Shown here: piece after piece, positions 37,418 through 49,989 of the stretch | How the letters are laid out: every line of letters begins with the position of its first letter | Numbering within the stretch: position 1 is the stretch's first letter | Assembly (NCBI RefSeq): GCF_963921235.1 | Contig: NC_086118.1 | Span: 29,514,001-29,578,000 of the forward strand | Reading direction: 5' to 3' | Origin: Mobula hypostoma | Lineage: Eukaryota | Length of the DNA stretch: 64,000 bases | Position numbers and translations under genes: made by a program | The notes under the pieces: model-generated | Seen by the model: only the letters and a program-made list of their open reading frames with translations | Told to the model about the DNA's origin: nothing | The model's database searches: none

Positions 37418-38519
37418 GTATCCTCAAAATGGACTGCGCAGTCCCTTTTTTTTGTCCTTTTTTATAGTATTGTGGTTTTTTTTTCTTTTCATTTAAAACC
37501 TATGGTTTTTTCCTTTCTCTTCATAAACTGGTAAGAGGATAATTGTTATTTTCATTTTTTTTAATTATATATTTTATACTAATTTAACAATATCTATGAT
37601 TTTGACAATGCCTATCTTAATCTTGGTTTATATTGTTACTGATATATATATTTGGACTAATTTTCCTCTTGATTGTATTTATGCTTTTTTAAATCAATAA
37701 AAAGATTAATAAAGAAAGAAAGAGAAGGCTGAAAATACTGAAACAGCTTTATCTTGCTAACCAGACCATAAAATCCTTGTCAGCAGCGAGCATTGTGGAC
37801 CTCATTTCTTGCAGATAACATTGCTGGCACTGGTCATGTCAGTCAGCTCAAGCTAGGTACCTGGGAATGACAGAGAACAATCCATCCACTGACTGGCCAC
37901 TGCTAGAATAAACACTGACTAAACCACAAAGAAAATGCACTTATTTTTTAGTCAAGTATGAAATTCTTTATTTTCTTCTGAGAGGAAGACTGAATATTTG
38001 CAGTATTTTCAAGAAGATGGCATGCCCAATAGTACAACATGTCATTCTGAACCTACGGTATTGATAAGTTCTTGTAATCAAAGAAATAAGAGAAATAAAG
38101 AACTTATATATTTTGCAGTACTTCATATAATATTTTTTCTAAGAAGTTTATGTCATTAATTTATAATAAAAAGAAAAAGAAATAGCTGGCAACACAGCAG
38201 TTCAGGACACAACTGAGGTAAGAGAACCATTCTGATATCCATTTGGAACCATAAAAATTTGTTTCACAGAGTTTCCTGGAATGCTGAGTCTTTCCAGTAT
38301 TTTCTGTTTTTATTTTACATTCAAGCCAATGAAATTATTTTTATGCGCTGTCTGCTTAATTACACTGAATAACATCATACCAAAATTTTCGTTATTGAAA
38401 TAATTTTATCTTTGACTAAATATGGACTATACTTTTCATAATGTAGTCTTCTAACTGTGACTTTTTTAAAGCTGGATCTGCTGCCTTGTGATTTTGTTTA
38501 TTAAATTTAGATTTTGCTG

Positions 38520-38975
38520 AATTGAATTGACTTTATTACGTACATCCTTCTATACATGAGGAGTAAAAATCTTCACGTTACGTCTCCGTCTAAATGCGCA
38601 ATGTGCAATTTATAGTAATTTATAATAAATAGCATGTACAACAGAACAGTCAATATAACATAGAAATACAGTTGTGTCAGCATGAGCTAATCAGTCTGAT
38701 GGCCTGGTCGAAGAAACTGTCCTGGAGCCTGTTGGTCCTGGCTTTTATGCTGCGGTACCGTTTCTCGGTTGGTAACAGCTGGAACAGTTTGTGATTGGGG
38801 TGACTCAGGTCCTCAATGCATCTGTCACTGTAAATGTCCTGATTAGTGGGAAATTCACATCTACAGAAGTGCTGGGCTGTCGGCACCTCTCTCTGCAGAG
38901 TCCTGCAATTGAGAGAAGTACAGTTCCCATACCAGGCAGTGATGCAGCCAGACAGAATGCTCTCAATTGTGCCCA
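38520..38975 (-). mobile_element. Rex1-type LINE 3' fragment
   Basis: TIESILSGCITAWYGNC...LQREV.TAQH...HPNHKLFQLLP..KRYRSIKARTNRLQDSFFDQAIRL; (aattg) tail. Confidence 0.85.
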
Positions 38976-41900
38976 ATATAGGACCATTTTTACAAGCAGG
39001 TTTTTGCTTCACAAGAGTCTCTACTAATCTACCGAAACTTCTCAAGACAGAGCAATGAGAATACTGGGGGAAAACAAAAAGCAAGAACAGTAACAAGGGC
39101 TTCCTGAAAGTTGCTCCCATTGCGTTCATGAGCGATGAAGCTCAGACATCTCCTGTAGGTGCCACAGAAGTTTTAGTTGATGGCAGCAATCCACAAGGTG
39201 AGCAACTGTTGTTCAACTCCAATGTGCTAAACTGGTTTGCAGTTCTGCAAAATGATGCAATCCATTTATTGACATGTGTTGTGTGCTCTGTCTATCAATG
39301 GTCAGACCTCCACATATCACAACTGATTGGATTCACTACCTGTGTATTATATCTGCCTTATATCTGCTGATGAATGAATGTTTTTCTAACAAGTAGAATC
39401 TGGTTTACACACTTCAGAACAGAGACAATAAACTAAAGACTCAAGTTTGCGATTCCAAGGCTAAAGAGTTTGGACATCTGAGGCTGACAAACATGATTGT
39501 GGTCACATCTAAAATAGCCTATTAATGCCAGAGGAAGAGAGCAAAATGTATTCGAGTTCTAAAGCTTGCAGTAAAGGCTCAAGGAAATAATGATTTTAAG
39601 TAATTGCTATGATTCATATTCATTTTATTTATTACATGTACATCAAAATATACAGTGAAATGCACCATTTGCATTAACAGGCAACACTACCGAAGGATGA
39701 GCCTGGGGCAGTTTACTAGCGATTGTCAGATGATGTGGCACAAAGAACAAATTAAGGATGAGGCTACTTAAATTCACTGAACCAGAGAACAAATAGTTTT
39801 CACAGTGAATCATCAGTTCCTAAAAGAAGTTGTCCTAAGATGTTGCAAACTTGGTAATCAGAACAATTCCAGAACCTGGTAAGTTGTGTTATGGGAAATA
39901 GTCAAGAGAAAGCTGTAATTTCTCAGCTGTCATTCCATGCAATTTGGTTGGGTGTCTTCAGAGCTTGGGTGGAGGTGATCTAAGGTTTGTCAGCCTTGTC
40001 CAGGAAATATTATTACTTAAAAGGGAACTGGGGAGGAGTGGGAATGATAGTTATGTATAACAAAATGTGTGTGTGTGTGCGTGTTATTAAAACCAGAGTG
40101 GATGGAAAAGGCTGATAGATCTTTTGGCCTTTTCATATCCTTTTCTTTCTGCTTTTTAAATAGCAGATGCACATTCTGATTGGCTGGCCTGTACATACGT
40201 AAAGCAGATAGTTTTCTAAAGATCTCAATCAAGTTTTGTGTTCTGCTGGGTGAGATATTGGTGCAGGTACAAGCAAAGTAAAATTGGCCCAAAATGTAAA
40301 CAGTTTCGTAAATTACATACAAATAGTTGGATCTCACAATACGGCAAAATGTGGAAAAAGTGCACCTGGAGATAACGTAAAATGAACTGAGGTCGATAAG
40401 AGGTCACTAGGATTTCTAATAGCTTCCAATAAAATCTTTCAATTTTAAAATCACAAAGCACTGAATCACTGCATTTACATTGAACACAATAGATCACAGG
40501 CTTCCTGATTTAAATTAAATAGTTACTCTTGAAACAAATCTCTTAGCAACCGTGATTTCTATGAGTATATCAAACTTCATTTCTATGCACTCGCCTGATT
40601 ATGGTTAAACATTTCTAGGCAAACATCTATTTTTCCTTTAAATAACACAGTTTTTCATTCTCCTGTGCTGACAGGAATCTGCAGACACCACCTCGGCAGC
40701 TTACACATCACAGACAACTGCAGACACAATGTAGACAGTTTAAGCTATCTCTTCTTCTGCAGAAAATGGAAGATGCATTGGGCCATCATCGTACAGTATA
40801 CGTTCAAGAATTATCTAAACATAACAATGAACAAATGGAGCAGCAATCAATCCTGGGAACCACAATTTCTTAGTGAGAACTGCTTCCACTGCTTGAGTTG
40901 ATGAGCTACTCTGATGGTTCATTGAGCTTAGTTAAGGTTCATATTTCATATTTATTATAATTACTTTTGTGTATGCGGTGCCTCTTCAAGCAATAGTTGT
41001 TAAGAATTTGCATATATAATACATTTTTCTGGCTTAATATACAAAACATTTTATCAGACATGGATTTCCAATAAACATTCTCCTTCAGAGAATTTTATGC
41101 CAGGTGGCCAAATAAATTAACCACCAGGATTAATTTAGGATCCAAAATTACCAAAGCCAATTCAATTTCATGTATGATTTTGAGGAATTTTTATGCATCT
41201 GTCATTTTTCAAATTACCATTGATATGAACATGTAACTAATGTATTATGACGGAGGGATTATAAAAGGTGGGTGTAGATGGGCCCTCAGTGAAATCCAAA
41301 GCACTATAATTATAACATTAACACCGAAGTACTATAAATCCAAATTTATTCTTTCAGTTGCTCTAATTAGCAATCTATTTTGTGTGACAGCTTTTTTAAG
41401 GGTGTCATTCATTCATCCCACTGTACCATTTCTTGGTTTTCAACAAATTAGATAAATGACAATGATTTCATAAGAGGCTGCTAAATTCCCAAAGAACCTG
41501 AGTTCAGAGGATCTTATCAGTTACAGGACCTCCCTGCAGTTTAAAAAAAATCTCATTTAGTATGAATTTATTCAGGAGAAATGAGTTTTGGGAACATAAG
41601 ATTTGTTTGCTCACATTGTTGACCTTTACTCTACATTGGGCTCTCTGACTGACAGGAACTCAGCATGAAAGAATGAAGAACAAGTATATATTGCAGCTCT
41701 TGAAACTGAAGTTACTTACAAAATGTATGCCTTAATAACACATCCTGCAAGGACAATTTAATTCTAAACCATCAGTAATCTGGGAGTTAATGAAGATGTC
41801 ATGTGGAGATCAGATTGGCTCCTTGGTTTGGGATCACTCAACTTATAGGATGAAGTCACAACTTTAAAAAAAAAACAGGCTTGGTGCTTTACTGTGCAGA

Positions 41901-42419
41901 TGCACATTATAATTTCAATCCAGTATATTCCGCTCCTGAAATTTGCTCTGCCTCACTATTCAGTACTTTTATTTGATAATGATTTCTACAACATTTGTTT
42001 TGTGACAAATATGCATTATCAAATGTTCTGCTTGCATTTTTGAATTTCACTTTTCTCTTTATTCGGGTGTTCTTCTACTGGCCCCATGATGACTGGAAGA
42101 TTTTATCACCAAAATATGTTTGTTTGCAATAGAGAAGTGAATATGGTTTCTTTTAGTGTGAGATGTTAGAAATTTACAGAAACTCCTACATGGCAAAAGG
42201 AGTCTGCTTTTAGATTACTGTAGATGATGAAGGTATGCAAGCATTTATACTCTTCCACAGTTTTGGGCTTGATTTGATTCCGTCTGTTTATTTGTGTTAT
42301 AACTGTCCTTCCTTACATCACATCCTTAAACCACATTTCGGCTCTTAATATCATCATTTTCTTCACACATACTTGGCGTATTTTTTAGATTAGATTTTAA
42401 CTCCTTTGGATTAAATGCC

Positions 42420-42646
42420 TGAAGCACCTTCAATAACTCCAAAAGACTGAAGTAGGGTAAATACTGAAAGGCTTTTATTCGCTGTACAATACGGCTTCCA
42501 TGGTGAGTGTCTGCCCCCGGACTGAAGGGGAGGGGCAAGGCGAAACATCTTTATACAGGATTCTGTGGGAGGAGCCACAGGGGCAGTCAGCAGAGGGGCG
42601 TGTCCAGACAGTTAACCCAGTTACAACATATTTATGATTTACCACA
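42420..42646 (-). mobile_element. Solo LTR (227 bp)
   Basis: TG...CA termini, perfect 5-bp TSD ATGCC (42415-19, 42647-51); TATAAA and AATAAA in order on the minus strand. Confidence 0.9.
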
Positions 42647-42774
42647 ATGCCACACTTAAATCTTAAACTGATATATTGTCCCATTTGCACCTGATTACTG
42701 TAGTTCTGAAGTGATTTCCTTATATAGTGCCAAAAATATTCAAAAACTTTGCAACTTGATTTGTTATACATGGA

Positions 42775-44075
42775 TGAAGTTATGGAGTACTTAGTGACAC
42801 AGGACAAGATAGGACAAAGTCAGCATGGTTTCGTTCAGGAAAACCTGTTGGAATTTTTTAAGGAGATTACAAGTATGATAGCTAAAGGGGATGCAACGCA
42901 TGTTGTAATTTCGACTTTCAGGAGGACTTTGACACATGAGGCTGCTTAGCAAGTTGAGAGCCCAGGAAAGTTACTAACATGGTTAGAGCATTGGCTGATT
43001 GGTAGGAGGCAGTGTGTGGGAATAAAAGAATCCTTTTCTGATTAGCTGCCAGTGACTAGTGGTGTTCCGCAGGGGTCGATGCTGGGACCACTTCTTTTTG
43101 TGCCGTATATCAATAATTTTGATAATGGAACAGAAGGTTTTGTTGCCAAGTTTGCAGATGATACAAAAATTGGTGGTGGGGGGGGAAGAGGTAGTTTTGA
43201 AACAAGTAGGCTGCAGAAGGACTTAGACAGATTAGGAGAATGGGCAAGAGAGTGGCAAATGAAACACAATGTTGGAAAATGCATGATCATGCACTTTGGT
43301 AGTAGAAATAAACGTGCAGACTATTTTCTAAACAGGGAGAAAATTCAAAAATCTGAGACACAAAGGGACTTGGGAGTCCTTGTGCAGAACACCCTAAAGG
43401 TTAACTTGCAGGTAGAGTTGGTAGTGCGGAGGGCAAATGCAGTGTTAGCACTCATTTCAAGAGGTCTAGAATACAAGAGCAGGGATGTGATGCTGAGGCT
43501 TTAAAAGGCACTGGTGAGAGCTCACCTTAAGTATTGTGAACAGTTTTGGGTCGTCATCTAAGAAAAAATGTGGAGGCATTGAAGAAGGTTAAGAGGAGGT
43601 TCACAAGGATGATTCTGGGTATGAAAGGGTTATCATATGAAGAATGTTTGATAGCTGTGGGTCTGTACTTATTGGAATTTAGAAGGATGAGGGGGGATCT
43701 CAAAGAAATCTTTCGAATGTTGAAAGGCCTAGACAGAGTAGATGTGGAAAGGATGGTGGGGGAGTCTAGGACAAGAGGGAACAGACTCAGGATAGAGGGA
43801 CTTACATTTAAAACAGATGTATAGAAATTTCTTTAGCCAGGGGGTGGTGAATTCGTGGAATTTATTACCATGGGCAGCTTGGAGGCCAGGTAGTTGGGTG
43901 TATTTAAGGCAGAACTTGATAGGTTCTTGATTGTACATGGCATCAAAGGTTATGGGGGAAGGCCAGGGAGTGGTGCTGAGGAGGGAGAAAAAGGATCAGC
44001 CATGATTGAATGGCAAAGCAAACTCGATGGGCCAAATGGCCTAATTCTGCTCCTGGGTCTTATGGTCTTTTGGTC
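42775..44075 (+). mobile_element. CR1 LINE, 5'-truncated and disrupted
   Basis: SQHGF..NLLEFF; SGVPQGSMLGPLLF; KFADDTK; RRFTRMI; CR1 3' UTR. Confidence 0.92.
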
Positions 44076-44593
44076 TAATACTTTAAAGAGAAGCTCAATT
44101 TCACACAAGTCATTTAATCTCATTGATGCATTTCATTAAACTTTTAACAGCATAGTAATTTAATTAAAGAATTAAAGATATTTATTAGGTACATATGAGT
44201 TGAAATGTAGTATTTTTACAATGATTATTACTGACATCCAATAATTGCAATCTCAGATTTTTGTTCAAGTCTGGGCAAGCTGGAATGTGGGAGAGACAAG
44301 AGATACAGAGAGAGAGAGAAGAGGAAGGTAATCTGTAAATGCAATCAGTTTTGTAAAGGATTGTAAAACACAAAACTTAGCAATGCTGTGGAGAAGTGCA
44401 GAGTAATAAATAGCAGCAGAATATAAATCAGCTGGAGGAATGGCAATCATGGCAGATGAAGTTTAATGCAGAGAAATGTGAAGTAATGTATTTTGGTAGA
44501 AGAAACAAGAAGAAGCAATATACAATATGGAATAAGAAATGATAAGTAGGGATAGCGTGCAAAACAAAGTTTTTCTCTGTATCTTTGTACATA

Positions 44594-45159
44594 CACTCAG
44601 TGGCCAGTTTATTAGGTGCACCTGTTCACCTGCTCATTAAATGCAAATAGCTAATACTCCAAACATGTGGCAGCAATTCAATGCATAAAAGCATGCAGAC
44701 ATGGTAAGAGGTTCATTTTTGTTTTTCAGACCAAGCATCGAAATGTGATCTAAGTGACTTGAACCATGGAATGATTGTTGGTACTAGCCAGGATGGTTTG
44801 TGTATATCAGAAACTGCTGAACGCTTGGGATTTTCAAGCACAACCGTCTCCAGAGTTTACTAAGAATGGTGTTAAAAAAAACCAAAAACAAAATCTCCAG
44901 TGAGCAGCAGTTCTGTGGGTGAAAGTGCCTTGTTAATGGGAGAGGTCTGGAAGAATGGTCAGACTGGTTCAAGCTGACAGGAAGGCAACAGTAACTCAAG
45001 TAACCAGGCTTTACAATAGTGGTGTGTAGAAGCATATCTCTGAATGCACAACATGTCCAACCTTGAAGTGGATGGGCTGCAGCAGCAAGAGACCATGAAT
45101 AAACAGACAGTGACCACTTTTTTGGTAGAGATGTTACCTAACAAAATGGCCACTAAGTA
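44594..45159 (+). mobile_element. Tc1-type non-autonomous element
   Basis: TA + cactcagtggccagtttattagg ... cctaacaaaatggccactaagta TIRs; paired-like HTH remnant (GMIVG..ISETA..LGFS.TTVSRVY). Confidence 0.8.
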
Positions 45160-46726
45160 CACATCAAAAATAATAAACCAATAAAGAATACTAATTCTGA
45201 AAGAGTGATGCAGGAAGCAAAGAACCTTTGGGATATGCTATGTACACAAGTTATTGAAAGTAGCAGGGAAGATTAAGAAGTTGATTAATAAGACATACAC
45301 ATGCCTGGACTTTATCAAAATGGACATAGGGTATAAAAATAGGGAAGTTATGCTGTATCATTATAAAACACTGATATAACATCAGCTAGATCATTATTTG
45401 CTATAGGAAACATGTATTAGATTTGGATAAGAGCATGGATAGGAAGGGCTTAGAAGGATATGGGCAAAAGGCAGTGAAAAGGGATTAATTTGTTGGGCAC
45501 CATGGTCACCATGGATACGCTAGGCCGAAAGCCTGTTTCCATGCTGCCATTAGTCTATGACACTATGTGTGGGCATTAGAGAGCAGGTCTGGTAAAAATT
45601 TATGAGAATGATCCTGGGAAGAGGGAATGCAGTTACACGGATAGATAAGAGAAGCTGGATCTATTTTCTTCAGTTCAGATAAGGCTAAGGCATAATTTAA
45701 TGTATGAGTGTGACTAAATCTGCCTGCCACTCACTTTCTTAGCTCTTTGAAATCACAGCTGCAGCAGGAAGTTGTCAAACATCTCTCTCTACCGGAAAGA
45801 AAAACAGGAATCAGCAGTTCAATCCCATGTTCGTTTTCAAAGAAAGTCTTTAGTTTGTAATTCACTTCTTGCACAAAACTGTGAACTTAAAGATGGGCCC
45901 TTATGCAAACCTAAAATGAGGAATCTCAAAGTGTAATACTCTAAAAGTATGAGGTCGGAACATTTCCTTCCAGGTAATAGAAGTAGAATAATACATTAAC
46001 AAGTGTGAAAGAGATCTTTACCAGGTGTTGTTTTTTGAGTGAATGCCATAGTTTGTATGCTATGAAACCTGACTGAAATTAAAGGTGGGTGTCAGCAGAC
46101 AAGAACAAAAAGCTAGGAACATTTTCTTTCCAGTGTCAAACCAGCCCCGTAGGACTTTCATAATAAAAATTAATAAAGGATGAAACTCCTTTTGCATTGT
46201 CAAAATGGTTTAAATAATGATTCCATCAATCATCCCAGGCCAGGTTTGTATAGTTAAATACAGGTTAAAACTTCACCTATATTGCCCAGTAATGTAACTT
46301 TAGAATATGTGATCATCAGCTTCATTCCAATCAAGAACAAGATTGGGAGGGTGCAGAATAAATCATTATCCTGCGTTCTAGAATGTTCATGGGCTTGGTT
46401 ATTTGGGCATCTGCCAGTAGATTTAAATCCTGTAGAGACTATTGTGTAAGACAAGGGCTGGGCCTAGCTTTTAGGTATTCTGTCAGCTTTACAGGAGGAT
46501 ACTGCTGAAACAACAGTGAGGACATTGGGTGTCTGTTCACTTTGGTGGCAAGGCTGAGGTGTAAAAGTCATGTTTATAAAACAAGGGGCAAAAATATTAC
46601 GAGTAGCATGAGGAAAATATTTTTATGCAGCATTGGTTGGAATCTGGAATATATTGTCTGCAGATGTCTGCTTCCACTTGGGTCTCAAGAGGGAATTGAA
46701 TAAATATATGATGTGGAAAAAAGTGA

Positions 46727-47030
46727 ACAAGAGAAAATCTGCAGATGCCGGAAATCAAAGTAATACACACAAAAGGCAGGAGGAAATCAGCAGACCAGGC
46801 ACCATCTATGGAAAAGAGTAAACAGTCGGTGTCTCAGGCCGAGACCCTTCATCAGGACTGGAAAAATGAGGAGCAGTCAGAGTAAGAAAGTGGAGGGAGG
46901 GGAGGAGGAAATACAAGGTAGCAGGCAATAGGTGAAACCGGAAGAGGGGGAGAGGTGAAGCAAAGAGCTGGGAAGTTGATTGGTGAAAGAGATAAAGGGC
47001 AGGAGATAAAGCTGCAGAGAATGGACTGTT
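46727..47030 (-). mobile_element. Penelope-like pLTR in inverted orientation
   Basis: Minus strand CAGTC-CTGATGA-AGGGTCTCGGCCT-GAGA (mutated hammerhead, 46823-46860) plus a purine tract. Confidence 0.75.
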
Positions 47031-47236
47031 GAGTGAAATGAATGAGTTTCTCTGGTAGAGAGGTAGCACATAGATGATTAAGTCCTGTGTTGGAACTATT
47101 CCATGATTCTATTGAACACTGAATAGAATGCAACCCAGGAGAGTTTATTGCCACCAATGAGGAAGGAGGTGGTAAAAATGCATACAAAAAGCAGAGGATA
47201 AACTAGACCCAACCAGTTCAAAGTAAAGTAAAATTC

Positions 47237-48790
47237 AGGGCCCCAGACAGTCCTTCCAGGTGAGGCGACACTTCACCTGTGAGTCTGCTGGTGTGACATA
47301 CTGTGTCCGGTGCTCCCGGTGTGGCCTTCTATATATTGGTGAGAAAAGCTACATCAACAACTGCATTGGCGCTGCTTCCTGCATGCATGCTGAGCTTGTT
47401 GACTTCATCAACTTTGCCTCCAACTTCCACCCTGTCCTCAAATTTACCTGGTCCATTTCCGACATCTCCCTGTCCTTCCTTGATCTCTCTGTCTCTATCT
47501 CTGGAGACAGCCTATCTACTGATGTCTAATATAAGCCCACGGACTCTCACAGCTACCTGGACTATTCCGCTTCCCACCCTGTTACTTGTAAAAGTGCCAT
47601 CCCCTTCTCTCAATCCCTTCTTTTCTGCCGCATCTGTTCTCAGGATAAGGCTTTTCATTCCAGGACAAAGGAGATGTCATCCTTTTTTAAAGAAAGCCCT
47701 TCCCTTCCTCCACCATCAACTCTGCTCTTAAACGCATCTCTCCCATTTCACGCACATCTGCTCTCACTCCATCCTCCTGCCACCTCACTAGGAATAGGGT
47801 TCCTCTTGTCCTCACCTACCACCCCACCAGCCTCCGTGTCCAACATATAATTTTCTGTAACTTCCGCCATCTCCAACTGGATCCCACCACCAAGCACATC
47901 TTTCCCTCCCTCCCCCCCCCACTTCCTGCTTTCCGCAAGGATCGCTCCCTATGCAACTCCCTTGTCCATTCATCCCCCTCCATCCCTTCCCACCAATCTC
48001 CCTCCTGGCACTTATCCTTGTAAGCGGAACAAGTGCTACACATGCCCTTACAATTCCTCCGTAACCACCATTCAGGGCCCCAGACAGTCCTTCCAGGTGA
48101 GGCGACACTTCACCTGTGAGTCTGCTGGTGTGATATATTGTGTCCGGTGCGGCATTCTATATATTGGTGAGACCCAACGCAGATTGGGAGACCGCTTCGC
48201 TGAACACCTACGCTCTGTCCGCCAGAGGAAGCAGGATCTCCCAGTGGCCACACATTTTAATTCCATGTCCCATTCCCATTCTGATATGTCTATCCACGGC
48301 CTCCTCTACTGTTGATATGAAGCCACACTCAGGTTGGAGGAACCACACTTTATATTCCGTCTGGGTAGCCTCCAACCTGATAGCATGAACATTGATTTCT
48401 CTAACTTCCATTAATGCCCCTCTTCCCCTTCTTAACCCATCCTTATTTTTTTTTCTCTCTTTCCCTCTCAAAATAATTCCTTGCCTATTCTCCATCTTCC
48501 TCTGGTGCTCCCCTCCTCCTTTCTTTCTTCCAAGGCCTTCCGTCCCATGATCCCTTCTCTAGCCTTGTATCCCTTTTGCCAATCAACTTCCCAGCTCTTA
48601 GCTCCATCCCTCCCCCTCCTGTCTTCTCCTATGATTTCAGATCTCCCCCTCCCCCTCCCACTTTCAAATTTCTTATTACCTCTTTTTTCCGTTAGTCCTG
48701 ACGAAGGGTTTCGGCCCGAAACATCGACCGTACCTCTTCTTATAGATGCTGCCTGGCCTGCTGCATTCCACCAGCATTTTGAGTGTTGGT
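47237..48790 (+). mobile_element. Penelope-like element (Neptune-like): RT C-terminus, Cys linker, GIY-YIG, pLTR
   Basis: SYINNCIG (decayed YIDD), YKPTDSHSYLDYSASHP thumb, CKRNKCYTC...FTC, VIYCVRCGILYIGETQRRLGDRFAEH, VATHFN; 47237-47342 duplicates 48073-48171. Confidence 0.92.
48694..48729 (+). ncRNA. Minimal type I hammerhead ribozyme motif
   Basis: AGTC-CTGACGA-A-GGGT-TTCG-GCCC-GAAA-C-ATC-GACC; intact core boxes, AUC triplet. Confidence 0.75.
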
Positions 48791-49333
48791 AAAATTTGTT
48801 ATCAGAATACATACATGTTGCCACATACAACCCTGAGATGCTGCGGGCATACTTAGCAAATCTATAAAACAGTAACTGTAAACCATAAACATCAGGAGCT
48901 AAAGAAATGAACTGTGCAAATGCAGATATAAATAAATGGCAATAAATAACAAGCATGAAATTACAATATAACAGTGTCCAGAAATGCAAAATGAGTATAG
49001 CTATCCCCCTTTGTTCAAGAGCCTGTTGTTTGAAGGTGTTGGCTAGAAGAACCTCCGGTCTACAATTAGTGGATTTGGTGAATCAAGTACAGGAGAAGCA
49101 GATAAACCATTTGTCTTTGTCCACCACCAACACTCCCCCACCACCCCGGTCCCCCCCCGCCCATTTTGTGGATTGTGAATTGATTCTTGCTCTGGCATAA
49201 TCCAATCAGAGCAATTGAATGTGGACACAAGGAGCTTCAGGGAATGACCTGCTAATCCTGAGAACATTCTCGGATGAGCCACTACTTATTATGTAAAATG
49301 CCAGACCCACCAAAGATGCAATCTATAATCTTG

Positions 49334-49496
49334 CAAACACGAGGAATTCTGCAGATGCTGGAAATTCAAGCAACACACATCAAAGTTGCTGGTGAATGCA
49401 GCAGGACAGGCAGCATCTCTGCGTCCAGACTGACTCCTGATGAAGGGTCTCGGCCTGAAACGTCAACTGTACCTCCTCCTAGAGATGCTGCCTGGC
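49334..49496. mobile_element. 163-bp PLE-derived fold-back mini-element carrying a hammerhead
   Basis: Perfect 15-bp TSD CAATCTATAATCTTG (49319-33, 49497-511); CTGATGA 49437-43 ... GAAACGTC 49457-64; inverted arms 49404-20 / 49481-97. Confidence 0.85.
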
Positions 49497-49989
49497 CAAT
49501 CTATAATCTTGTTAGACTCTGTCTGGGTTAGTTCATTTAACTAGTTTGGACCAGTCAGAGTTGAAAGACACCAATACACAAAGCTGAGGTCGGCAGAACC
49601 ATGAAACAATGGTTGTATCCCTGGACTAGAACCAGTAAGGAGGTGACCCAGGTAGCTCAGGTGACCTTGAGCCAATGGGATAGAAATCCACCAGTTGAAC
49701 TGATAAGGAACCCTATAAGAGTCAGGAGCTCCAGCTACATACGGGTGATAACTCTCCAGCAACCATAGTCCAACCATTACGGATAAAGAGGACTTCATGG
49801 ACACATGGAGATTGGAACCATGAGAAATGTCTGGCTGGCATAGACTCTTTTCCCAGGTAATAGCTTTTCTCATCATTAACTGTTCCTGGAGGGCTGGGGA
49901 TTCTAGTGGGCAGCACACAGGTAGTTAATTTGTGAACCCATGTGCTTTGCTGTAAACCTGGTCACATCTTTGTAAAAGAATGAATCTGC

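Noticed and set aside
38677..39129. 150-aa secreted protein with a signal-peptide-like start
   Set aside because: Two-thirds is Rex1 RT C-terminus; the N-terminal part is flank joined by chance, with no support for expression
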